DNA from: a virus
Taxonomy: Duplodnaviria > Caudoviricetes
Length of the DNA: 64,000 bases
IMG/VR virus record: IMGVR_UViG_3300006115_000008
Location: 32,001-96,000 of that record
Reading direction: 5' to 3' (one strand)
In this document: one piece after another, positions 46,133-55,900 of the stretch
How the letters are laid out: each line of letters starts with the position of its first letter
How positions within the stretch are numbered: the stretch's first letter is position 1
Notes under the pieces: generated by a model
Seen by the model: the letters and a program-made list of their open reading frames with translations, nothing else
What the model was told of the DNA's origin: nothing
Databases searched by the model: none
Position numbers and translations under genes: made by a program

Positions 46133-47494
46133 TTACAGTACCAAACTCCAATTTCCGGCTTTGTAAATACCTTGATAGCTCTTTTGCCAAACGCCATTGT
46201 TCCATACATATTGAACTTGTGTAGTCAAGTTGGTAACGTACTGAACTCCAGAGTTGTTACTATCAAATATCACAGTCCAGTAACTGCCGTTCCATTGTAT
46301 AATGTCATTGGCATTGGCGATTAAGTTCGTACCAGTTGCACCTTGCCAAGCGGTAGCACTAGTACCATCAGCATCGCCAATTGGATTTAATATCAAATAA
46401 CTAGTTCCTGTACTTGGGTTTAGGATACTATTGTTAACAGTAACATTAAATGGATCAATGATGGCATTCACGGGAGGTAGTGTATTTGCTGGTAAAGTAG
46501 CAGTATCGGGAGTGAATAGTAACTGAGAAGGATCGCCCGGACTAAATGCAACAGTGCCCACGATCTCATGCTGTCCGTCAGTGTAGTCAAAGCTCAATCT
46601 AGCTTGGCTTATACCATTGGTTAGTTTGCCATACAACGTGAGTAAATTTTGCCATGCCACCGGAATTCCTTCGCCAGATGCTGGCAACGGCTCATACAAG
46701 GTAAGCGTATTACCTACGTAGATAATATCATAATTCATTGGTGTAAATCTCAATTGAGTAGTCGCTACCGTATTCACAATGTCGGTGTTTAACTCTCCAC
46801 TGGTGTCATAGATGTTGGCAATAATTTGTGCCACAACTCCTGCCTTTTTAACTTTAGCTGGAAGACTTAACCAAATTGGCAATTCAAATGTCAATGAAGC
46901 TATATCTATATTGTCATCTGTTCCTAGTGGTACAGTTCTGTTGGTATAACTTATATCAGTTAATAATGCAACACTTAAACTGGTCCAGTCTAAAAAGTTG
47001 TCGGTGCTTTGTATTTCAAATCCAGGGTTAAACAAAGGCAACATTTGTTCAAGTAGTTGTTGCTTTTGATCTGTGTTACTGGTCCAAATATCTAGCTTCA
47101 TTTGCAACTTATATGGTGCAGGCATAATTCTCTCAACACTATACGCACTGCCTTGTGCACCAGTAGGCATTTGCGTAACAGAATCAAATGTTTGTTCTAT
47201 AATTCTATTATAACTCTCGTGATAGGGATTTTGTAAACGATCACGGTCGTATGTTAGCGCATTGATATAAGTTGCCATTGCGGGAACAGCATTCAGTGGA
47301 TTCTCACTGTTAAGTCTAATGATTGTATCTGCTTGATGGCTTGGTGAGCCATAGTAAACTGGAACAGTTTGCAGTGTGCGATTGCCATTGGCATCACGAC
47401 CAAACTCAACTTGGTAGTTTGACATCATTCGCATAAATTGCGTTACAAAACGCCGTATTTGTCCATCGTATGTAAATTGAACTAAACTAGCCAT
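46133..47494 (-). CDS. gp15: Tail sheath stabiliser/terminator gp15-like, with C-terminal extension
   Basis: 'FTYDGQIRRF...VPVYYG...PAM...YDRDR...PAPYKL...QLLEQMLPLFNP'. Confidence 0.78.
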   Translation of the reverse strand: MASLVQFTYDGQIRRFVTQFMRMMSNYQVEFGRDANGNRTLQTVPVYYGSPSHQADTIIRLNSENPLNAVPAMATYINALTYDRDRLQNPYHESYNRIIEQTFDSVTQMPTGAQGSAYSVERIMPAPYKLQMKLDIWTSNTDQKQQLLEQMLPLFNPGFEIQSTDNFLDWTSLSVALLTDISYTNRTVPLGTDDNIDIASLTFELPIWLSLPAKVKKAGVVAQIIANIYDTSGELNTDIVNTVATTQLRFTPMNYDIIYVGNTLTLYEPLPASGEGIPVAWQNLLTLYGKLTNGISQARLSFDYTDGQHEIVGTVAFSPGDPSQLLFTPDTATLPANTLPPVNAIIDPFNVTVNNSILNPSTGTSYLILNPIGDADGTSATAWQGATGTNLIANANDIIQWNGSYWTVIFDSNNSGVQYVTNLTTQVQYVWNNGVWQKSYQGIYKAGNWSLVL

Positions 47495-47496
47495 AA

Positions 47497-48876
47497 TTAA
47501 CTTTCATTATTGTCTGCTCTAATACCTAACACACGGCTTAGGGGTTGCAGACTATTTTGTGTATTGCCGTTACTGTCAGTGAATGTATTTGTGTTATTTA
47601 CATATCCTGCAAGTTGTGTTTGATTATTTGTAGCACCTGGGGTTAGGTTAGTGCGTACTGCATCCTCGATCTTGCCCCAAAAATTACCATTAAATCTAAA
47701 CAGTCTATTGGGCAAATAATCCAATCGTAAAAAGTAATCGCCATTTTTTGGATTACTTGGGAAGGCCACTCCAGCTCCAGTTACTAAACTATTTGGAGCT
47801 TTGCCATCTCCGGTTAAGTAACCTTCAATTTTGTAATCTGGGCTTGGTATTCCTGAGTCCCCGGTAATTGCAGTATTGTCTGCGGTGATGATTGTAGAGT
47901 CACTGGTTACAGCATTTCCGCTAAGTGCTACCCCGCCTACATTGGCTATGGTGTAAAAATTACTAGTATCGTAACCAGAAGTAGGAACATCAAAATCTGC
48001 TTGGGCAACAATTGCTTCATTGATGTTTAAGTAAGTATTGTAGGTACTCAAGATTGATCCTACTGGAGTTGTTGTTCCCGTACCAGCAGCAATGTTATTG
48101 AGAATGTCTTTGTACTCTTGACTATCAACAAGAGGATTAAGTTTAACACGCCATAAATGAGGCCACCATGTAGGGCTAAAACCCTCGCTTGCCCAACTTG
48201 CATCGCCAACAACATAAAAACGTTTTAACGCAGCCGGCACGTCTTGATTCAAACTATCATAGTCTTTTAAATGTTCTAGCTCTAATACGTCACCACTTAG
48301 CAGTTTGCGCCCAATTTGGTCCACCATGTCACGTAAATGAAACACCATAAAAATAGTGCCAGTTTGTAAGAATAAACCAAATTGGCTTAGGTCAAAGTCT
48401 TGATCAGCACGTTGATATATACCGCGCATCTTGTAAACTGAGGTATCATATTTTCTATCTCGATTCTCAGTCCATAACAAGTCTTGAATGTTTAATGCAC
48501 TTTGATTGGTATAACTGGGCTGAGTAGCATCGCTACTGAATCCAATAGTTGCCCCAGTGCCTACTAGACTAGTTGTTGTTACATTAAGCGTTATTGAGGT
48601 TGTATTAATTGCAATAACCTGAGCATTGGCGGGAATTCCTGCGCCAAATGCAAAATCATTTAATTGAACACCAGTTGTGTTACTAAAAGTCAAGGGATCG
48701 GTGTTTACGGTTTGGCCTGCAGTGGTTGTTAGTTGTACACCTTGTGCTACAGGACCGAGATATTTGTTTAACAATACTCCGGTACCGCCAATAGTAAACA
48801 TTTCTGAAATCCGGCGATCCAAGAATTTGTAATCATTTGTGTGTCGGCCATTTTGCCATAAACTTAGTCTTGCCAC
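47497..48876 (-). CDS. gp14: Neck protein gp14-like
   Basis: 'IQDLLWTENRDRKYD', 'DLSQFGLFL', 'GDVLEL', 'EGFSPTWWPHLWRVK'; upstream of gp15. Confidence 0.7.
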   Translation of the reverse strand: MARLSLWQNGRHTNDYKFLDRRISEMFTIGGTGVLLNKYLGPVAQGVQLTTTAGQTVNTDPLTFSNTTGVQLNDFAFGAGIPANAQVIAINTTSITLNVTTTSLVGTGATIGFSSDATQPSYTNQSALNIQDLLWTENRDRKYDTSVYKMRGIYQRADQDFDLSQFGLFLQTGTIFMVFHLRDMVDQIGRKLLSGDVLELEHLKDYDSLNQDVPAALKRFYVVGDASWASEGFSPTWWPHLWRVKLNPLVDSQEYKDILNNIAAGTGTTTPVGSILSTYNTYLNINEAIVAQADFDVPTSGYDTSNFYTIANVGGVALSGNAVTSDSTIITADNTAITGDSGIPSPDYKIEGYLTGDGKAPNSLVTGAGVAFPSNPKNGDYFLRLDYLPNRLFRFNGNFWGKIEDAVRTNLTPGATNNQTQLAGYVNNTNTFTDSNGNTQNSLQPLSRVLGIRADNNES

Positions 48877-48898
48877 TGTCTTTTCCTAGATTATTGTG

Positions 48899-48904
48899 TA
48901 TTTA
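48899..48904 (-). promoter_or_regulatory. Late promoter for the gp14-gp15-Nudix operon
   Basis: TAAATA on the minus strand ~22 nt upstream of GTG 48876. Confidence 0.55.
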
Positions 48905-48910
48905 CCCAAT

Positions 48911-48939
48911 TTGACTGGGAATGATTTATCTAGTATAAT
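48911..48939 (+). promoter_or_regulatory. Sigma70-type (early) promoter
   Basis: TTGACT-17 nt-TATAAT. Confidence 0.8.
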
Positions 48940-48946
48940 TACAGTT

Positions 48947-49201
48947 ATGCAGTCACATAGCCCCGCTCTTTACAACAGAATAGCAGATGCTCGTCCCATC
49001 GTAGTACGATTGGGCGACGCCAAATTGAATTTGATGTTTCAAAATTGTGTGGCTTATTGGGCAAAATTGGACGGGGAATTTGTGGAATGTCGGCGCCGAA
49101 ATCGATATACTGTTCGATATGAAGAATTGGCTCGCCAATTGGATGAAGCTCTTGTTGTATTAGAGCAACACCTGACATTTGGCACTTTGCTCAAGATGTA
49201 G
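48947..49201 (+). CDS. Small hypothetical early protein (84 aa)
   Basis: ATG 7 nt downstream of the -10 box; 'EFVECRRR' motif. Confidence 0.6.
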   Translation: MQSHSPALYNRIADARPIVVRLGDAKLNLMFQNCVAYWAKLDGEFVECRRRNRYTVRYEELARQLDEALVVLEQHLTFGTLLKM

Positions 49202-49207
49202 TATAAT
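49179..49207 (+). promoter_or_regulatory. Sigma70-type (early) promoter
   Basis: TTGGCA-17 nt-TATAAT upstream of 49228. Confidence 0.7.
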
Positions 49208-49227
49208 ATAGTTTTACGGGAGATAAT

Positions 49228-50400
49228 ATGGCAACAGTGGCAGGCATCAAGATCAAGACCAAACAAACCAAAGTTCGTAATCCGGCTTTTCACGATGAAA
49301 AGTACACCGGAGGCGAGCCTGACTGGGACGCCAGCGACATTGAACTGAGCGATGCAGACTTTGATCACAAACTGAGAAAAAGTTTTTACTACTACAACTA
49401 TTACTACAGTCAAAAAGATGCACGTAAAAATGTTGTAGAATGGGTGCGTTTACAAACCAAGCGTTTTAACAAAGAGCAAATTAAAGCCTTTGAACGTAGT
49501 GGTGATCGCAGTATTCCAATGACTGCATGTTGTTTGATTATGGCACATATTCGTGCTAATATGCCCCTAAAGCCTAGACATATTGAATTTTTGGATGAGT
49601 GTATTCTAAAAGCAATTGATGGCGCCGAGCCTGAAGTGCAAGAGGTTGTAGAAGAAGTCAAAGAAGTATATAGAGCTCCCACAATCCAAGATCGTTTAAA
49701 TGAGAAAACAAGCGAGATCATTGGTGACATCGAAGGTGTGTATGATGATGTTACAAAAGCAATTAAAACAGACTTTAAGCCCTATGATTTTTTAGTTGCC
49801 AAGAATGTAGTACAAAGCCAATTGGGCAAGTATGAGGAATTATACAAAGCTCGTAAACAGGAACTTGAACTGGCAATGGCCAAAAAAGATGCAGACTTAA
49901 AAGAAGGTTATGCACATTACAAGGCAGCAGATTTCAAGCGAATGATTGCTTGGATTGACAACTTGATGGCAGCGATCGAACAGTATCGTGGAGTTAAAAA
50001 GTCGCTCAAGAAAGCTAGAGTTAAAAAGGCTCCTAGCAAAGAAAAGGTAATTGCCAAACTCAAATATGCTAAAACGCATACCGAACTAAAGATTGTTAGT
50101 ATCAATCCTGCAGAAATTGTAGGTGCACAGACGTTATGGATTTATAACACAAAATACAGAAAACTTGGAAGATACGAAGCCGAAGCATACAAGACCTTGA
50201 GTGTGAAAGGTACCAGTATCATTAATTTTGATGAAAGCAAGAGCGTATGCAAAACCCTGCGTAAGCCCGAAGAACAACTTAGAGAGTTTGCAAAAGCAGG
50301 AAAAGTTCAGCTGAGAAAGTTCTTGGATGATGTCAAAGCCACTGAGAGCAAGTTAAACGGCAGAATGAACGCAGAGATAGTGTTACTTAAAGCAGTTTAA
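49228..50400 (+). CDS. Hypothetical phage protein (Lys-rich, non-structural)
   Basis: 390 aa, SD GGAG; C-terminal 'LWIYNTKYRKL...VKGTSI..FD...KTLRKPEEQL...LNGRMN'. Confidence 0.7.
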   Translation: MATVAGIKIKTKQTKVRNPAFHDEKYTGGEPDWDASDIELSDADFDHKLRKSFYYYNYYYSQKDARKNVVEWVRLQTKRFNKEQIKAFERSGDRSIPMTACCLIMAHIRANMPLKPRHIEFLDECILKAIDGAEPEVQEVVEEVKEVYRAPTIQDRLNEKTSEIIGDIEGVYDDVTKAIKTDFKPYDFLVAKNVVQSQLGKYEELYKARKQELELAMAKKDADLKEGYAHYKAADFKRMIAWIDNLMAAIEQYRGVKKSLKKARVKKAPSKEKVIAKLKYAKTHTELKIVSINPAEIVGAQTLWIYNTKYRKLGRYEAEAYKTLSVKGTSIINFDESKSVCKTLRKPEEQLREFAKAGKVQLRKFLDDVKATESKLNGRMNAEIVLLKAV

Positions 50401-50408
50401 TACTAACC

Positions 50409-50449
50409 AATCCCGTAATAGTGTAATAAATACGCTATACGGGATTTTT
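50409..50449 (+). terminator. Terminator-like hairpin containing a late promoter
   Basis: AATCCCGT-A-ATAGTGTA-ATAAA-TACGCTAT-ACGGGATT-TTT; TAAATA at 50427-50432. Confidence 0.65.
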
Positions 50450-50450
50450 C

Positions 50451-51407
50451 ATGAGTACACCATTTACAAGTAATGTCACAGTTGAGCCGGGTTATGATCA
50501 TCAAAATAATATAACCGCTCCAAGTCTTTTTAATGCCAATACAGGCGCACAATCTGGGGCACACATTGCCTTTGATGGATCAAGCACAGTAACATTTCCT
50601 GGCGTACAAGATCCAAATTGGGCATACGGCAATACTAACGACTCAATCCGTGCAGCAATAACCGACTACATTCGTATGCGTTTGGCAGACGGCATAGTTG
50701 ATGTTGAGCTTGAAAAAGAACACTATGAAATGGCAATTAATCAAGCCATGATTAAGTACAGACAACGAGCACAAAATGCATACGAAGAAAGCTATGCGTT
50801 CTTGCAACTATTGCCCGAGACTCAAGAATACATCATGCCCAAAGAGATACAAAACATTAGGGCTATTTACAGACGTGGTATTGGAAGTGTGACAGGAACT
50901 ACAGCAAGTCAATTTGAACCGTTCTCTAGCGGCTACTTGAATACATATATGCTAACCGCAGGACGTGTTGGCGGACTTACCAACTATGAATTGTTCGTCG
51001 ACTATCAAAAGTTGGCCATGACCATGTTTGGTGGTTTTATGAATTTTACATTTAACAGAACTACTAAAAAGTTAACGCTAGTTCGTAAAATGCCATTCCA
51101 AGGAGCCAATCCCGATCCAACACAAAATGAAAGTGTGTTGCTACAAATTGATAATATAAAACCTGATTCAATGTTATTAAATGATCCGCAGATTTTTCCA
51201 TGGATACAAGATTATGCTTATAGTTTCAGCAAGCGAATTCTAGGCGAAGCACGCTCTAAGTTTAGTCAAATAGCTGGCCCGCAGGGCGGAGCTACACTAA
51301 ACGGTGCTGATCTAAAAACAGAAGCACAAGCCGAAATGGAAAAACTAGAAGAAGATTTGAAATTGTACGTTGATGGTAGCCAGCCGTTGACTTGGATTAT
51401 GGGATAA
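50451..51407 (+). CDS. gp13: Neck protein gp13-like
   Basis: 'YIRMRLADGIVDVEL...AI..Y', 'WIQDYAYSFSKRILGEARSKFSQIAGPQGGATLNGADLKTEA'. Confidence 0.82.
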   Translation: MSTPFTSNVTVEPGYDHQNNITAPSLFNANTGAQSGAHIAFDGSSTVTFPGVQDPNWAYGNTNDSIRAAITDYIRMRLADGIVDVELEKEHYEMAINQAMIKYRQRAQNAYEESYAFLQLLPETQEYIMPKEIQNIRAIYRRGIGSVTGTTASQFEPFSSGYLNTYMLTAGRVGGLTNYELFVDYQKLAMTMFGGFMNFTFNRTTKKLTLVRKMPFQGANPDPTQNESVLLQIDNIKPDSMLLNDPQIFPWIQDYAYSFSKRILGEARSKFSQIAGPQGGATLNGADLKTEAQAEMEKLEEDLKLYVDGSQPLTWIMG

Positions 51408-51415
51408 ATATCATT

Positions 51416-51838
51416 ATGAGAATTAAAGAAATTATTACTGAAGAAAGTCGCATGCCTGACAGCCATATTACTGCTACTCCGGGTATGAAGAATCATCCAA
51501 ATTTAGATAACTCAAGTCCCTATGCTCCTTGGCGTTTTGCAGCACATTTCTTACCCGGTGCTGGCGCACCTGATGGCAAATATGAATTTGAACCCGAGAA
51601 AGAAGGTCCAAGCGGACAGGCTTTAGTTACTGTAGCCTACTCACAAGGCGAGCATGATATACTTGACCAAGCTGAAAAAGCCTTTGGAGTTAAATCACAT
51701 AGATTAACACCTAATGGTTCAAGCGAGAATCCAGATATACATAAAACAAGTCCAGTTAAAGCACGTGGTCCTGTTACATTAAAAATCAAAGGCAATGATG
51801 GTGAAATAGATATTGCCATAAAGCCAAAAAGTAATTGA
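51416..51838 (+). CDS. Hypothetical late protein
   Basis: Starts 'MRIKEIITE', 5 nt after TAAATA (51405). Confidence 0.6.
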   Translation: MRIKEIITEESRMPDSHITATPGMKNHPNLDNSSPYAPWRFAAHFLPGAGAPDGKYEFEPEKEGPSGQALVTVAYSQGEHDILDQAEKAFGVKSHRLTPNGSSENPDIHKTSPVKARGPVTLKIKGNDGEIDIAIKPKSN

Positions 51839-51863
51839 CTTTATATTACAAATAAGTTAAAAT
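51835..51863 (+). promoter_or_regulatory. Sigma70-type promoter for dNMP kinase
   Basis: TTGACT-17 nt-TAAAAT. Confidence 0.7.
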
Positions 51864-51884
51864 GCTCGTACAGGAGCATTTTTT

Positions 51885-52562
51885 ATGATCATAGGTATTG
51901 TTGGATTGATAGGCAGCGGCAAGGACACTGCTGCTGATTATTTGGTAAACTTTCACGGGTATCGTAGGGAAAGTTTTGCAAGTAGTTTAAAGGACGCTGT
52001 TGCCAACGTATTTGGCTGGGATCGCCAATTGCTCGAGGGTAGAACTACTCAAAGCCGAGAGTGGAGAGAACAACGAGATGAATGGTGGAGTACACGTCTG
52101 GGACGAGATATTACCCCAAGACACGTATTACAATACTGGGGCACTGAGGTTATTCGAGATGGCTTCCACGACGACATGTGGATAGCAAGTCTAGAGAATA
52201 AAATACGTACCAGCCGAGACAATATTGTGATCACTGATTGTAGATTTCCTAACGAGATCAAGGCAATACGAGCACAAGGCGGCCGTATAATTTGGATACA
52301 ACGTGGACCGCTTCCTGAGTGGTACGAGGTTGCTACACGAGCAAATGCTGGCGAAGCAATGTTTATAGAAAACTTAAAAACTCTAGGAGTACACCCCAGT
52401 GAGACTGCCTGGGCCGGAACAGAATTTGATGCAGAGATAGACAATAATGACACAATTGACGAGTTGTTTACCCAACTCAAAAGTCTGGTACAATCTCCGA
52501 AGGTTTCCAAGGTAGTCGGCTCTTATACACCTCTTGCACGCAATTCAAGCACACAGTCTTGA
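51885..52562 (+). CDS. gp1: Deoxynucleoside monophosphate kinase (T4 gp1-like)
   Basis: 'GLIGSGKDT', 'FASSLKD', 'TPRHVLQYWGTE', 'ITDCRFPNE', 'HPSE'. Confidence 0.9.
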   Translation: MIIGIVGLIGSGKDTAADYLVNFHGYRRESFASSLKDAVANVFGWDRQLLEGRTTQSREWREQRDEWWSTRLGRDITPRHVLQYWGTEVIRDGFHDDMWIASLENKIRTSRDNIVITDCRFPNEIKAIRAQGGRIIWIQRGPLPEWYEVATRANAGEAMFIENLKTLGVHPSETAWAGTEFDAEIDNNDTIDELFTQLKSLVQSPKVSKVVGSYTPLARNSSTQS

Positions 52563-52827
52563 GATTAAAGTGATTGTTATTTTTTAAGTTGCCATCGACA
52601 TAAAACACCGCACTTTGTTCCTTGGGGAACTTGAATTTAAAACCGCATTTTTCACATTGCGGTTTTTTTGTATATCCTGACTTGGCCCAAGCAGGCACTG
52701 GTTTATTTTTTCTTCCCTTTCGAATACAACTACTACACTTACTACGGTAGTGGTACACTTCGTCCTTGACATAATTAATGGCACAGGCGTTTACATTACA
52801 GATTGGACATAATTCACGTTTCAACAT
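52477..52827 (-). CDS. Zn-finger/degenerate HNH-like protein
   Basis: Four CxxC motifs; 'VFYVDGNLKNNNHFNLKTVCLNC' HNH-like; TATAAATA at 52833-52840, 5 nt upstream of the ATG. Confidence 0.65.
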   Translation of the reverse strand: MLKRELCPICNVNACAINYVKDEVYHYRSKCSSCIRKGRKNKPVPAWAKSGYTKKPQCEKCGFKFKFPKEQSAVFYVDGNLKNNNHFNLKTVCLNCVQEVYKSRLPWKPSEIVPDF

Positions 52828-52922
52828 AGCAATATTTATACGAAACCTTTGCAAAGGCTCCTGCTATACCATGGAATTTTGGCATTATAACTAAATATTC
52901 ATAACATGTATTATAAAGGATT

Positions 52923-55900
52923 ATGACCATGGCACTAGTTTCCCCAGGAATTGAAATTTCCGTAAATGACCAAAGTCAATATGTAAACAGCAATGTAGGT
53001 TCAGTACCACTAGTTATACTAGCCACTGCACAAGACAAAACATATAACGGAGCTCCAGCAATAGGAACTTCGGCAGCTTATGCAGGAAAACTGCAATCTT
53101 TTACTAGTCAACGAGACTTAGTAACTGCATTGGGCGCACCAATGTTTCAAACAAGCTCTTCTGGTACTCCAGTTAATGCTGCTGAAACAAACGAATATGG
53201 TTTATTAACTGCATATAGCGCACTAGGACTTGGCAATCAATTGTATGCAATTCGTGCAAACATTGATTTGGATCAATTAAACGGAACAAGCATTCGCCCA
53301 ACAGGAGATGAAGCCGATGGAACATACTGGTTGAATCTAGCAGCAACTGAATTTGGTATTTACTCATTGAATTCAAGCACCAGTTCATTTACCAGCATTG
53401 ATAGCAATTTGTTATTAATTACTGATCCAGGTCAAGTAGTCAATGACAGCAATTATTCTTATCCAGTGCAAACTCCAATTAGCACCATTGGTAATCCAGG
53501 ACAGTATGCTCTAGTATTTGCAAACGCAGTTGGGTCTTCAACATCAATTACCAATGCCGTTAGATTGTTCTATAAAATAACTACAACAAGCGTTTCAGGT
53601 AACGTTGCCGGCGCCCTAAACAACACATGGTGTCAAGTTGGATCAACAATATGGCAAAACTCAGTTCCAGCAGTACAAGGAACTACAACTAGCCCAACAA
53701 TTACAAATAGCAGTACTTTGCAAATCAATGGATCTAACGTAACAGTTAGCACAGGAAGTTTAACCAACTTAGTAACTGCAATTAATAACGCAGCAATTAC
53801 TGGTGTAAGTGCAGCGGCAATTAACAATCAATTGACATTCTTTGTAACAAGTGCTGCTGCCAGCGGTGCAGGAACACTTTCTTTAGTCGATGGAGCAAAT
53901 ACTCCATTGGCAGCTAGTGGTATTAAAACTTTAGCTGGCGCAGCGGTATCAACAGTTTATGGTTCACCATCAGTATTTTACTGCCCATATTTCTTCTATG
54001 GAACATTTGCACAAACACCTTCTGGTGGTTGGTTCTCAACAGATACTCAACCACGACCAAGCGGTAGCTTGTGGTGGAAAACAACAGCAACCGGCGGTGG
54101 ATTTAATCCAGTGTTTAGTCAATATAGTGCGGCTAATGGAACATGGAATCAACTTGCTGCTCCTTTATATTCAAACTATGGCAGTGCAATTTATGGACTT
54201 GATCCACTAGGCGGAGGCGTTAATCTTCAACACGGTCAAATCATTGCAACTTACAACGTGTCAGACTACACATCAAATATGTTGAGATTTGCAGTACAGT
54301 TGCCAGGCGTACAGTCAGTGGGAACTGGCGGAATACCAACTGCATTTACAATTGGTAATAGCTTTACACTTACCGCAACACAACTAGGTACTAGTGCAAC
54401 TAATAGTGCTACAATTACACTAAGTGCAACTACTAGTGCAGGTTTTGTGTCAGCAATACAGGCAGCAGCAATTCCTTATGTTACAGCAGCACTAAATGCC
54501 AATGGCACAATATCAATTACGCATACAACTGGTGGACAAATTAACCTAGTTAACGTATCTGGAACTCCACTAACCAATGCAGGATTTGCAAACAATTCAG
54601 TTGGATCTGGATTCCGTTCTAACAATGTTACTGGCGCAGTTGTAATTGGTAATTTTAGTCAAATCACCTCAAACATCCAGTATAGCAAAACAACACCATA
54701 TGCAAGTCCTACCAATGGAACATTGTGGTATTATAGCAATCCAGCTGATGTTGATATTATGATTAACAACAATGGTTGGAAGGGATACCGCACAGTTACT
54801 AGCGATATTAGAGGTTACAACTTAACAAATACTGATATCACTGGAGTTATTATTAGTCCAAGCGCACCAACTAGCCAAGTTAGTGGTGCAAGCCTAGTGG
54901 CTGGTGACTTATGGTTAAACAGTGGTGATTTAGTTAACTATCCAAATCTAAGTCGTTATAACGGAACTGCTTGGGTAGCAATTAACAACCAAGATCATGT
55001 AAGCAATAACGGTATTATTTTTGCTGATGCACGTTGGGATAATGGTGGTGGTAACGATCCAGTTAGCGCAGTAATTCCTGTAATCAGCGATGGCGTATCA
55101 CAAGGATTATTGTTTAGTTCTTGGATTGATCAAGACGCTCCTGACTATAGATTATATCCACGTGGAACATTATTGTTCAACACACGACGCAGCGGATTTA
55201 ATGTCAAGAAGTTTGTACAAAACTATTTTAGTCCTGCTAACTTCCCAAATCCTGGTACTACTCCAGGAACAAGTGGATCATTACCAAGCGTGGTAAATTC
55301 TTGGGTAAGCGCAAGTGGACTTGATCCATACGGAGTTATGTATGCTGGTTCTGATGCACAACGTGCACTAGTAGTAGCAGCAATGAAGAGCGCCCTAGAT
55401 AGTAACACTGATGTAATTGAATCAAATTACCAGTTTAATTTACTATGTGCACCTGGATACCCAGAATTGATTCCTAACTTGGTTGCGTTAAATGACAATC
55501 GTGGAGACACTGGATTTATTATTGGCGACACACCAATTACACTGCAACCAACTGCAACAGAACTAACAAACTGGAGCAACAATACTGGAGATTGGGCAGG
55601 ATTAGGATTAGCAACAGCAAGTCCATACCTAGCAGTTTATTATCCAGCCGGCCAAACAACTGACTTATCTGGAAATACAGTTGTAGTTCCTGCAAGTCAT
55701 GCGGCATTACGTACATATTTGTATAACGACAACGTTGCTTATCCTTGGTTTGCTCCAGCAGGAACACACCGTGGACTAGTAAACAACTTGTCTGATATTG
55801 GTTATGTAAATCAAGCTACTGGAGCATTTATACATAACGGTATCAATCAAGGTTTGCGTGATGCATTATATGAAATTGATATCAACCCAATTACACAACT

